This document shows positions 12,112 through 23,271 of a stretch of 35,124 bases of DNA, piece by piece. Position numbers and translations under genes: made by a program. Below the pieces are notes generated by a model. That model worked only from the letters and a program-made list of their open reading frames with translations, did not search any database and was not told where the DNA came from. Position 1 is the first letter of the stretch, and each line of letters opens with the position of its first letter. Source of the stretch: Macrostomum lignano (Eukaryota); the NCBI GenBank assembly GCA_002269645.1, contig NIVC01002010.1, positions 1 to 35,124 on the forward strand. Direction: 5' to 3'.

Positions 12112-15100
12112 CTGCAGATATGATTTATTGTGGGAAAAATTATTTAATTGTCTAATATGAGCACAGCAGGTTTTACAGTCCCAAAAGTCTAGGGGGGCAG
12201 CGGCCTGACTGGGGGGTCTATGGGGGCAGCAGCGGCCTGACTAGGGGGTCCATGGGGTACAGGAACAGTCTGACTGGGGGGGTCCATGGGGCACAGCAAC
12301 AGCCTGACTAGGGGGGTCCATGGGGGACAGGAACAGCCTGACTAGGGGGGTCCATGGGGGACAGGAACAGCCTGACTGGGGGTTCATGGGGGACAGCAAC
12401 AGCCTGACTAGGGGGGTCCATGGGGGACAGGAACAGCCTGACTAAGGGGTTTCCATTGGGGACAAGAACAGCCTGACTGGGGGGATCTATGGGGGACAGC
12501 GGCCGTGTTCCCAGATCCAGTTTGAGCACTTTTGAGCCCTATAATTAACACAACAGCCGATGACACCGCAGCAGACAGGCAGCCTACCCCAGCATAGACG
12601 AGGTGCCCAGCCGCGGTGTCAGCCTGGCGGGCTGCAGGCTCTCCAGCGGATTGGCCACAATGCGAATGGAGCACTCCTGGCCCTGATAAGTGGTGCCGGC
12701 AGCGGCGGCCACCGACGCTCCCGGAGAAGCCACGGTAGCAGTCGCGGGGCCGCCCTGCCGGCCAAACGTGGTGAGGTGACTGGTGGAATCCGTAGGGCTC
12801 TGCGGCGCCAGGCCAGAAGAGGCTGCAGACGAAGTCGGCGGGACAGCGGCGGCGGCGGTGAGGGCGGATCTGACGGGCTGGATGAACTTCGTGTGCCGAT
12901 AGATGGTGCCATCGTCCCTGCACAGCTTCTTGTCCTGCAGGGTGTCCAGGCCCACCCACACCCAGTTGTTGTCTGTGTATTCCTCTTCGCCAGGCTGCAG
13001 CGGGCCTCGGCGCTGCTGCTGCTGGAAGGCGCCGACAGACGAAGGCGGAGACCTGCGCTCTCCGGACTGCAGCAGCAGGGAGGGCGACTGCATTGACTGC
13101 AGGCTGCTGCCGTGCAGAGGCAGCGGCGACTGCTGCTGAAGCAGATGCTGAAACTGCTGCTGCTGATGCTCAGCCGCCGGCTGCTGCTGGCGATGCGCGG
13201 CGTCGCTTGAATCGGCGCTGGGGAGTCTGCGGTGCTTCCGGTATCTGCATGGCAACACGGTAGTGATGAAGGATAGAGCTACTCGCTGGCAGAGAGGAGG
13301 GAGGGGTGATGAACTAGCACGGGGAATTTTTAGCCATAATGGGGGAATTTCTAATTTTTAGGGGAATTTTTAGCTATAATAGGGAATTCCTAGCTAAAGT
13401 GGGGGAATTCCTAGCTACAGTGGGGGAATTCCTAGCTACAGCAAGGGAATTCCTAGCTACAGTTGGGGAATTCCTAGCTACAGTTGGGAATTCCTAGCTA
13501 AAGTGGGGGAATTCCTAGCTATAGTCAGGGAATTTCTAGCTATAGTGGGGGAATTCCTAGCTACAGTGAGGGAATTTCTAGCTATAGTGGGGGAATTCCT
13601 AGCTACAGTGAGGGAATTCCTAGCTATAGTGGGGGAATTCCTAGCTACAGTGAGGGAATTCCTAGCTATAGTGGGGGAATTCCTAGCTACAGTGAGGGAA
13701 TTCCTAGCTATAGTGGGGGAATTCCTAGCTACAGTGAGGGAATTCCTAGCTATAGTGGGGGAATTCCTAGCTACAGTTGGGAATTCCTACCTATAGTGGG
13801 GGAATTCCTAACCAGAAGGCAGTTGGATCGAAATCAGAACCCACCTGGCGCACATGACGGCAAAGTTGACAAAGAAGACCATCACGGCCAGGCAGAAGAT
13901 GGCCAGCAGCACAAACATGCCGATTTGGAAGGGCGATCGGCGAGCTGTCGGCCTCGGCTTGCCACCGCTGACTCCGCCGGCGGAGGAGGCAGACCGCGAG
14001 CCGCCGCCGAAGCTCAGGCCGTCGTCCTTGCCGCCGGAGTCGGGCGGCTGCTGCCCGCCGTAGCCGTTCCTGCTCGACCTGTAACCGGTGCCGCCCGAAG
14101 AGCCCGCCGAGGCGGAGGCGTCGCCTGGAAACAGCTGGTGGTAGTCGGATGGGGACGCCAGGATCGAGTCAAGGTTCAGGTTGGGTGCCTGCCGGCCGTC
14201 GCCAGCAGCGGCAACGTCGCCCGCCCCGGAGCGTAGAGTTGGCGGCGACTGAGGCGGCGACGGCTGCTGCGGAGAATTCGACGAACCGGACGATGTCGAT
14301 GACGGCGACGCTGGACTGTCGCGGCGGCTAGGGAACTTGATGCGGCCGCGGACTTCTACCAGCGACGAGGCTGGCGGCTTCAACAAAGGACGGCCGCTGC
14401 CTCGGCTGCCGCCGCCGCCGCAGAAGTCGCTCTGCAGCAGGCGAACAGTGACGAGGGCGCTGTCGGGCGCCTCGGCAATGGCATGGAATATTGGCCAGTT
14501 GGTGCGGAGGCTGCGGTCCAGCGGGCGAAGCGCCGAGGCATTGTAGCTGACGACCTGGAGGGCAGGGGTGGGGGGGGGTGAGTTTAACAAATTAGCCGTT
14601 GCCGGGAATCGGGGTGTACAGCGGCCATGAGTATTTGTCAGGCATTCACACTCTGTGTCTGGAATTGGCGCCCCAGTGTATGACAGCAATCAACGCACCT
14701 GCACAGTGATGTAGTCGGGATCAATATCCTCCACAGCTGCTTCAGTGCCGTCGGTGAATCTGACAACAATGCGAACGTAGCCAGACTGGTTGTAGCGCTC
14801 GAAATTTCTGCTGATATGAGCGGTGAGGTAGCGGCCCATGAGCTGGTCGCCGATCAGCAGCACGGACAGGTTGGTGACAAAGTGCGCCTCCACGCTGTCG
14901 ATGCGGACGCTGCCGCCCGTGCCGACAGACAGGCTGGCATTGCCGCGGCGCGGCTCCGCCACGGACACCAAGGCGCGGCCGCGACCAACGCCTTCCAGGG
15001 TGCTGCCTTTCAGGGCGGCGACACGGGAGTCGCTGACGGTCAGGCGGCCGACTGCAAAGTGGGTGACGTCAAGCAGTTGCTGGTGCTGGTCGGGCAGCTC

Positions 15101-18100
15101 GGCCGGGGTGTCGGCAAACATCGACGAAACTGAGGAAGCGGCTGGGGCAGCCGCGCCGCCGCTGAATTTCGGTATTGACAGCAGGGCGCCGCCTGCCTTC
15201 TGGCTGCGCATAATGAACCGAGTGAACACCTGCGGACGGGGGTGATGATTGACAGCTTGCAGGAGCTCCGTCTCCAGTACAGGTGGAGAGGCGGCAGCCC
15301 GCTGAAGGGTGGCAGTGGGGAGGCGGCAACCCGCTGGAGGGTGGCAGTGGGGAGGCGGCAACCCGCTGGAGGGTGGCAGTGGGGAGGCGGCAACCCGCTG
15401 GAGGGTGGCAGTGGGGAGGCGGCAACCCACTGGAGGGTGGCAGTGGGGAGGCGGCAACCCGCTGGAGGGTGGCAGTGGGGAGGCGGCAACCCGCTGGAGG
15501 GTGGCAGTGGGGAGGCGGCAACCCGCTGGAGGGTGGCAGTGGGGAGGCGGCAACCCGCTGGAGGGTGGCAGTGGGGCGGCAACCCGCTGGAGGGTTGCGA
15601 CAGCCGATTAAAAAGCCTCGCTTACCTGCACCCTGGCATCCTGAAACTTCTTCCGGCAATGAACTCCGCCTCCACCGCGTCGCCGGCCGGCTCGTCGACC
15701 GAAGCGCCGACTGCGTCGCAGCACTGAGGATGACGGCTGGCGCGGCGCCGAGCGCAGGTGGGCGTACCCTCCGCCGGCGCCAGACGCCAGAGACAGCCGG
15801 GGGACTCGCCAGCCGCGAATGCGCTGCAGCTCGGAGTCGGTGAGGGTGACCCGCAGCGGGAACACCGGATAGTACACATTGAATGCGAACTCGGCCGTGT
15901 GCGAGCGCCACTTGGCGGTGATGGTGGCGCCGTCGCCGCCGGACCGCTCGGTGCCATTGAAGTACACGTACTCGCAGCGCTTGCCCACCTTGATGACCTC
16001 CTCCTTGCTGTGGTAGCAGTTGGCCGTGTGGATTCGCTCCGGTACCAGAGCGTCGTTGACAGCGTAGAGCCACAGCTGGCTGCGCGCGAACTCGCCGGAG
16101 ATGGCGGCCAGGTTGAGCAGGTCGGCCTCCTTGTACACCGCCACCAGGCCGCGGACGCCATCGTACAGCCGGTGCTCGGTGCCGATGGCCGCCCGCTCGT
16201 CAGCGAGCCTGTTGACCCAGTTGCCGCCCCGCTCGCTGGTCTTCTTGACGTACCAGCGCAGGCGGACCCGATCCGACGCGAATGCGGCCGCGTCCGCCGC
16301 GCCGGCCAGGGCTCGGACAAAGACTGTGCAGATTAGACTCTTTGTAGACAGCTTGGCGTTGTAATACTCGTTGCTAATTGTGCCATTGACGCTCAGGCTG
16401 CGATTGCCGTCGGCGATGGACCAGCGGGTGATCCAGTTCTGGCGCTGGCTCAGCAGCACGTGGTCGAACACGGCGGCCGCGCCGGGCGGCTCGATTTGAA
16501 CTTCCAGGTTGAAGGTGACGATCTTGGAGAACTCCTTCACCAGGACGTCCACCTGCAAGGCGATTTGAGCATTTAAGCAAAATAATTTCAAGGTCAACAG
16601 AAATCAAATGGTAGGAAGCTAGAAAATTTCAATACTTGTTCTCTGAGGGATCTGGGAGGCTGGCCTAGCAACTGGGGATCTGGGAGGCTGGCCTAGCAAC
16701 TGAGGATCTGGGAGGCTGGCCCAGCAACTGGGGATCTAGGAGGCTGGCCCAGCAACTGAGGATCTGGTAGGCTGGCCTAGCAACTGAGGATCTGAGAGGC
16801 TGGCCCAGCAACTGAGAACCGAGTAGCACCGAGGTTTTAGGTATCCAGACGAGGTAGTTCAAAACCTGAGGATCTGGAAACTGGCCCAGCAACTGAGGAT
16901 CTGAGAGGCTGGCCCAGCAACTGAGGATCTGGGAGGCTGGCCCAGCAACGGAGGATCTGGGAGGCTGGCCTAGCAACTGGGGATCTGGGAGGCTGACCCA
17001 GCAACTGGGGATCTGGGAGGCTGGCCTAGCAACTGAGGATCTGGTAGGCTGGCCTAGCAACTGGGGATCTGGGAGGCTGACCCAGCAACTGGGGATCTGG
17101 GAGGCTGGCCTAGCAACTGAGGATCTGGTAGGCTGGCCTAGCAACTGGAGATCTGGGAGGCTGGTCCTGCAACTGAGGATCTGGGAGGCTGGCCCAGCAA
17201 CTGAGGATCTGGTAGGCTGGCCTAGCAACTGGGGATCTGGGAGGCTGGTCCTGCAACTGAGGATCTGGGAGGCTGGCCCAGCAACTGAGGATCTGGGAGG
17301 CTGGCCCAGCAACTGAGGATCTGGGAGGCTGGCCCAGCAACTGAGGATCTGGGAGGCTAGCCCAGCAACTGAGGATCTGGGAGGCAGGCCTAGCAACTGA
17401 GGATCTGGGAGGCAGGCCTAGCAACTGAGGATCTGGGAGGCTGGCCCAGCAACTGAGGATCTGGGAGGCTGGCCCAGCAACTGAGGATCTGGGAGGCTGG
17501 CCTAGCAACTGGGGATCTGGGAGGCTGGTCCTGCAACTGAGGATCTGGGAGGCTGGCCCAGCAACTGAGGATCTGGGAGGCTGGCCCAGCAACTGAGGAT
17601 CTGGGAGGCAGGCCTAGCAACTGAGGATCTGGGAGGCTGGCCCAGCAACTGAGGATCTGGGAGGCTAGCCCAGCAACTGAGGATCTGGGAGGCAGGCCTA
17701 GCAACTGAGGATCTGGGAGGCAGGCCTAGCAACTGAGGATCTGGGAGGCTGGCCCAGCAACTGAGGATCTGGGAGAGCCCTGACAACCGACAGATGCGGG
17801 ATGAGGATCCCCCAAAACAGATGGTGACTAGTAATGCTAATAAAATACCTGCAGATCGTTGCCCTGCTTCAGCCGCTGCTCCCGGTAGACAACTCGCAGG
17901 TCGTTATCGATCTCGCGCTCCACCTGCTTAGCCGACACCACAGGCAGGCTGCCCGGCACGCTGCGCGCCTCCTCGTGCAGTCGTATGGCGGAGTGGTCGG
18001 ACATGTAGCAGCGGGTGTTGGCGCCCTGCAGGCTCAGATAGGCATTGTAGGTGGCCTCTACTCGCGAGACCGACCCGGTGTATTGGTGGGCCAGGCCCGC

Positions 18101-19078
18101 CTTCAGTATGACCGTGACGACGCACTCGTGCCGGCCGACAGGTATGGAGCAATAGCCCACCTGGTTGATAGGTGAATAATTTCATGCTAAAGTAATTTAC
18201 AAAAATTGATGTTTCCAATATTTTGCATGAAGGATAGAACCAATTATCTCCTTAGGGCGAATGGCTCACCCTCCTTAGGGCGAATGTTCCACCCTCCTTA
18301 GGGCGAATGTCACCCTCCTTAATGCGAATGTCTCACCCTCCTTATTGCGAATGTCTCTCCCTCCTTAGGGCAAACGTCTCACCCTTCTTAGGGCGGTTCT
18401 CACCTCTTTAGGGCGAATGTCTCACACTTCTTAGGGCGGTTGTGCCTCACTCTACTTAGGGGCTTGGAGTGTTCATGTATCAACTTCCCTCAAGCAAACT
18501 TCGCTCCATTCAAAAGAAAATCTCCAGCCAGCATCTAAGCAGACTGCTACCCAAAGTCTACCCTAAAAAGCAGCCAGCCTGACCTCAGTTTTACCGTCCG
18601 CCTTAGCTCGCACGTGAACCTCGAAGCACACCCTGGCGTTGCGATTCAACCTGGCGGGCTCGGGCGTCGGGTCGATATGAGCCAGCAGGTACAGAGCCGT
18701 GTGCGATCTCGAACCCTCTGGCGGCTCGAGGTGCGAGCTGATGAAGTGCACAGACGGTTGAAAATTCACATGAGTGAGATTGATGGCGGACAGCTGATTG
18801 TGCAGGTTGCTCTGCACGTAGTGGGTGGCTGAGAACGGGCCAGAGTCCAGCCGGACCCGGGGGTTCTTAGCCAGACTGGTGATGACGAACTCGCGGGAGT
18901 CTGGGCCGCCAACTGGCTGCTGGCGAAGCTGCGGCTGCTGCTCCTTGAAGAAGCCCGAGCCGATGGGCTCAACTGAGTACTTCTGGCTGGCTGAGGCGAG
19001 CTCAGGACTCAAGCTCAGCAAGAGCAGCTGTGCTAGCAACAGTAGTGGCCTTGGTTGAAGTGAAAATCTGAGCTCCAT
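11802..19078 (-). CDS. TMEM132: TMEM132-family single-pass membrane protein, 1313 aa; join(complement) 19078-18584, 18160-17849, 16552-15626, 15229-14699, 14554-13845, 13244-12588, 12111-11802
   Basis: Hand-spliced exons total 3942 nt, all GT-AG with matching phases. N-terminal signal peptide (LLLLAQLLLLSLSPELASA). Family motifs recognised from memory of TMEM132 proteins: SGPFS, CEYVYFNGTE, YPVFPLRVTLTDSELQRIRGWRVP, TM segment FQIGMFVLLAIFCLAVMVFFVN, cytoplasmic NWVWVG, C-terminal MDYGQLLAYFDHMKE. Confidence 0.92.
12190..12505. repeat. ~34-bp minisatellite in TMEM132 intron 6
   Basis: AGCCTGACTAGGGGGGTCCATGGGGGACAGGAAC units. Confidence 0.9.
12588..13244 (-). CDS. TMEM132: TMEM132 coding exon 6 (cytoplasmic tail; NWVWVG and LTTFGR)
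   Basis: Acceptor ccatgcag|A completes AGA; donor GG|GTAGGC, phase 2. Confidence 0.85.
13320..13810. repeat. 21-bp minisatellite (42-bp dimer) in TMEM132 intron 5
   Basis: GGGAATTCCTAGCTA(C/T)AGTG units. Confidence 0.95.
13845..14554 (-). CDS. TMEM132: TMEM132 coding exon 5 (includes transmembrane helix)
   Basis: Acceptor ccctccag|GTC; donor AG|GTGGGT, phase 2; encodes IGMFVLLAIFCLAVMVFFVN. Confidence 0.9.
14699..15229 (-). CDS. TMEM132: TMEM132 coding exon 4
   Basis: Acceptor ccgtccgcag|GTG; donor CAG|GTGCGT; 531 nt. Confidence 0.88.
15285..15597. repeat. 32-bp minisatellite in TMEM132 intron 3
   Basis: GGCAACCCGCTGGAGGGTGGCAGTGGGGAGGC units. Confidence 0.95.
15626..16552 (-). CDS. TMEM132: TMEM132 coding exon 3
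   Basis: Acceptor ccttgcag|GTG; donor CAG|GTAAGC; 927 nt; contains CEYVYFNGTE and GWRVP motifs. Confidence 0.92.
16644..17773. repeat. 28-bp minisatellite in TMEM132 intron 2, with a unique internal segment at 16820-16877
   Basis: GAGGATCTGGGAGGCTGGCCCAGCAACT units. Confidence 0.97.
17849..18160 (-). CDS. TMEM132: TMEM132 coding exon 2
   Basis: Acceptor tatcaaccag|GTG; donor CAG|GTATTT; 312 nt open. Confidence 0.85.
18250..18462. repeat. Degenerate ~24-bp minisatellite in TMEM132 intron 1
   Basis: CTCCTTAGGGCGAATGTCTCACC-like units. Confidence 0.85.
18584..19078 (-). CDS. TMEM132: TMEM132 coding exon 1 (signal peptide, N-terminal domain)
   Basis: ATG at 19078; donor GAG|GTCAGG; 495 nt, phase 0. 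Confidence 0.85.
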
Positions 19079-20617
19079 GCTTGCTTCTGTGCTGTTAGAA
19101 GTAACAAATCACTAGAAATATCCAGCTGAATGTAGTGTGGCACCCTGCAGCTGGTACCAAACTGATGACAACTTGCACTTTAGCAGAGCCTACTGTCTGC
19201 TGTATGGAGCTGCAATCATGCACAATATTAATAAATGAACTTTTGGGCAACTTGCACTTTAGCAGAGCCTACTGTCTGCTATATGGGGCTGCAAGTTATG
19301 GGGCTGCATGGGGCTACAACTTATTCAGCTATTGACTTAAGTCCTTAATAGACATAAACGCTAAAATCAGTAGCTAAAGCCTAGAGTGGCCTAAATCAAC
19401 TAAAATCAATACCTAAATGCTCCCATATACTATATTATATAATGATGGAATTACTAACATTAAAGCAGTTCTATAACATTATAGAAACTTGCTAACATAC
19501 AAGCATAAAACAAAAAATTAACCATAATACCAGTTAGATACTCATTTAGTAACATATATAAACATATTGACATAAGCAAAATTTATGTAATTTACTATAA
19601 AACCTTCAAGCTGACAAGTTACCTGTGCAACTAGAATGATAGCATAATATAACAAAATATACTAAAGGAAGAAATTTGCAAAAAATGATACCATTGATAT
19701 AAAATTTGGTGCAACAAAAAAGTTACAGCATTAAAGAATACAAAAAATCACTCTTTTGGTCAAAATGATCAGTCTTAATTTTTTTTAATGTAAGTTTCCC
19801 ATATGAAAACACAAAATATTTTTTCATTAAAATTGAACACCTTTTTTCCTCAACCAAATTTATAAATAAGGCCATTTTGGACTTCTGTCACTTATATCTA
19901 TCTAGCTAAAAATAAAAATAATAAAAATATAAACTTTCAAAATCTTACTGAAGTCCCTATCCATTGTATGTCACAATTTTTCTGGTGTATATGTAAGATA
20001 TACACCAGATTCAGGAGTGGGGGTCCATATTGCGGATCGTGTCTTGTGTACGCCGGAAAGTATTTGGCTAGCTGATAAAGTATACGCCAGTAAAGTATGC
20101 TAGTAAAGTGTACCAGTAATGTGTACGCCAGTATTCCACAGGCCTTCTAAAACTGTGCATGTCATCCATGGTCTTCTAAACGAAGCACTATACTAAACTA
20201 AAGGATATGATTACTTGTTACAGGCACAGCCACAGCAGTATTGTAAAAGCAAAAGCAAAGAAATTTGAAAAAGCAAAATATAATTAAATTGTGTGAACAA
20301 GCAGCGCAATATTTGCATATAGACAATAGTAATGCTGTAATGCACAGATAAAAAAGTTCGGCCATCTCATTTGAAAAAAATAGCTTTGACTGGTATAGTA
20401 AAACACAATGTAAGCAAATTATTGATTAAAAAAATTTAACTACTAACGGTAAAACATTTTTTTCAATATATTATCAAATTTAACCAATTTATTGTCAAAT
20501 TTTAAAATAAATAGCAACACATATATGGATCGTTTATTATATTGTATTTTACAAATGGTTTTTTCCGCACTTCAATGCCTTGTATGCAATGCCAAGTATT
20601 ACGCTTGCAAAGTTGTA

Positions 20618-21910
20618 CGAGGGGCACTATTAAAGTTCTGAGCCTGACCAAGATCTTATAGTGGCAAAGTGTTGAAACTTTAGGCTCTAAAAGCGCCACA
20701 TGTTAATAGTCTATTGTCAACTTTTCAGAATTTTCTGCATTCCCTAAGTCCCACTGCACCATTTTATTTCCAGCACCCCATGGCATTTTCTCAAGAATTG
20801 AAGCTTGAGCACAGGGCAGTGATTAAATTTCTGACTCTGGAGGGCTCAAAGCCTGCTGAAATTCAAAGCCGCATGGCTAGTGTATACGCTGACGCTGCCC
20901 CCTCATACGCCACCATAAAGCGCTGGGCAGCCGAGTTCAAGCGTGGCCGCGACTCGCTCGAAGATGACCCCCAATGTGGACGACCCCGGACTGCTGTCAC
21001 TGCCGACAACATCCAGCGCATCCAGGCTCTGGTTGACAGTGACCAGCGGGTGAAAGTCAGGGAACTTGCGGCAGACACTGGACTCTCTGACCCGCAAGTC
21101 ATTGAGATCCTGCACCAGCATCTTCATCTGTCCAAGGTTTCTGCCAGATGGATCCCACGAATCTTGACAAGGGACCAAAAGACCGCACGGGTGCAGTACT
21201 CAAAGCTTGTCCTGGACTCCTACGATCCGGACCCTGCCAACTTTCTGTCCTGCTGCGTGACCGGGGATGAGACATGGATCCATCACCACGATCCCGAGTC
21301 CAAGCAGGAGTCCAAGCAGTGGCTGCCAGTTGGTTCACCTGCACCACTGAAGGCACGGACTGCATGCAGTGCGGGCAAGATTATGCTCACCGTCTTCTGG
21401 GATGCCAAGGGCCCGCTGCTGCTGGACTTTCTACCGCACAAGCAGACAGTCACAGGCGCCTACTACGCTGACCTGATCGCCCGTCTGCGCGAGGCAATCA
21501 AGGAAAATAGGCAAGGGATCCTGAGCTGAGGTGTTGTGCTGCTGCACGACAATGCACCGGCCCACACTAGCAGGATTGCCAAGGCTGCTGTCAGTGTCGC
21601 AGGGTTTCGAGAGCTGCCGCACCCAGCCTATTCACCAGACCTGGCCCCGAGCGACTTCCACCTGTTTCCACATCTCAAGCGGGCACTCCGTGGACAGCAA
21701 TTTGACACTGATGATGCGCTGAAGGATGCTGCAACTGCTTGGTTTGAGGGCTGCTCGGTGCAATTCTTCCAGAGTGGCATTGAGGCGCTGCGATCAAGAT
21801 GCCATAAGTGCATCTTGGTTGGGGGAGACTATGTTGAGAAAAGCTGATCTCACTTTGCCCATATCTCCTCTCTTTCATATTAAGGCTCAGAACTTTAATA
21901 GTGCCCCTCG
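20618..21910 (+). mobile_element. Full-length mariner (Tc1/mariner, DD34D) transposon, 1293 bp
   Basis: Perfect 28-bp TIRs CGAGGGGCACTATTAAAGTTCTGAGCCT at 20618-20645 and 21883-21910; TA on both sides (20616-20617, 21911-21912); transposase motifs inside. Confidence 0.97.
20780..21847 (+). pseudogene. Mariner transposase, 355 codons, interrupted by one in-frame TGA at 21527-21529
   Basis: WIPRIL, VTGDETW, HDNAPAH, YSPDLAPSD; 34 residues between the 2nd and 3rd catalytic D; ORFs 20714-21529 and 21536-21847 share one frame. Confidence 0.93.
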
Positions 21911-23041
21911 TATTTCCTGCTTGTATGCCAGTTATACCATTTGTATGCCAGCTAGATTTTTTGTACGCCAGTTATACGCCAGCTAGACCTTTTGTACGCC
22001 AGTTGTACGCCAGCTAATCCTTTTGTACGCCGGAATTTTCCGGCGTATGCTACACCTTCCGCAATATGGGTGGGGGTTTATATAGATAATAGATGTACAT
22101 TTCAGCAAAAGAAAATGACCAGTTTGGCAAGACGAGTGACATTGCAGTGAAATGGTCACTGCAAAAGTATTTTTTGCCATTAGGAGCCTAGCCTACTGAC
22201 TTTCGCCAAAAATTCCTTTGCCAAGGTGGGTTGAAACCAGTCTGAATAGGCCTTGCTCTTGGCTAGCCTAAATTTACAAATGAAAATTAATATATTAGCA
22301 ATTAGTAGTTTTTGAGTACTAGCAGTAACAGGCAGGCATTAGCAGACCATACCTTAGATATAATAAACCTTATATATGCATATAAAATATAATAGGCATA
22401 GGCCTAACCAGAACATGAGCTGCAGCCCACAGATCAGCTTTGTCACGTCATGGCGATGTTGTGTCGTATAAAAGGTAAAAAATAAAGGCCGTAGGCCTAT
22501 TAAAAATCTACGTATTGATGCATTTTTAAGAAGCGAAAAGTTTTCTAAAGAATGAATTGAATACGTTACAACACGTTAAATACAATATAGTAAATAACTA
22601 GACTACCTGCACTCAGTAGTTTATAAAACTTGTGGTCTTTCGCGCTTTAAAATTTTGTGATTTGTAAAGTAAAAAAATGCTTTAAATTTACAAAAATATA
22701 ACATATATTTAAATATTTTAGCAATTTATTGGCTGTGTATGTAACAATAATAATAAAAAAACTCTTTGTACCTAAATACAACTACATTTGTTATTGTGCG
22801 TCTTTTAGATTTTGGATTTCTTATTTTCTAAGAAACATTTGGCGAAGTTAAGAAAGGTATAATTATTAAAAGTCATTAAATATTGTATCAAAACCTTATA
22901 ATTAAATCGAGCCGAAATATGTACTTTATAGAATATTATTTTTGCGTTCATTTAATGAAAATGAATTCTAAATCTTTGTGCTTGTTTTAAAATAAAAATT
23001 TGGCATATCACTCAAGGGTATACATTTGTGTGAATTGTGAA

Positions 23042-23126
23042 GTAAGTGGACGTGGATGGTGGACTCAGTACTCCCAGTCATTGGGTATCTAAATCTTGAT
23101 TCTTTTTTTAATTTTTGGTCCCTAAG
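23042..23126 (+). other. Probable 85-nt 5'UTR intron of RALGAPA
   Basis: GTAAGT at 23042; T-rich tract ending ccctaag at 23126, 27 nt before the ATG; size matches the 84-nt intron 2. Confidence 0.55.
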
Positions 23127-23153
23127 AGTAGAAGTCTCAAAGTTTGAATCACC

Positions 23154-23271
23154 ATGTTTTCTCGGCGGCCTAATGACAGAAATCGTTTCGATTCCAAAAG
23201 AGTGACACAGAAGGTCTTAGAGCACAAGAAGGATAGTGCTACGCGTCTGAAGCATCTTAAAAACTTTCTGG
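23154..23271 (+). CDS. RALGAPA: RALGAPA coding exon 1
   Basis: caccATG; donor G|GTAAGC, phase 1. Confidence 0.92.

Larger units (their letters stand above)
20025..22069. mobile_element. Non-autonomous TIR DNA element (~750 bp without the nested mariner) with 8-bp TSD; hAT-like or other 8-bp-TSD superfamily
   Basis: Terminal IR CCATATTGCGGA (20025-20036; 22058-22069), extending imperfectly to ~40 bp; identical GTGGGGGT flanks (20017-20024, 22070-22077); subterminal TGTACGCCAG-type repeats at both ends. Confidence 0.8.

Noticed and set aside
12560-16336. Plus-strand GC-rich ORFs (e.g. 12560-13096, 13796-14236, 15758-16336)
   Set aside because: Antisense shadows of GC-rich TMEM132 exons
16864-16882. 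Hammerhead-like CTGAGGA...GAAAC in the 28-bp array
   Set aside because: Only 4 nt between the motifs, so stem II cannot form; flanking stems absent
13503-17786. ORFs with repeating peptides (EFLAIVG, GGNPLEGG, LPDPQLLG)
   Set aside because: All lie within intronic minisatellites of TMEM132
18250-18462. TTAGGG in each unit suggesting interstitial telomeric DNA
   Set aside because: One hexamer per ~24-bp unit, never tandem
19169-19294. 47-bp direct duplication upstream of TMEM132
   Set aside because: Two-copy local duplication with no further structure
21527-21532. Programmed readthrough of the mariner TGA
   Set aside because: Context TGA-G is not a known leaky context; point mutation is simpler
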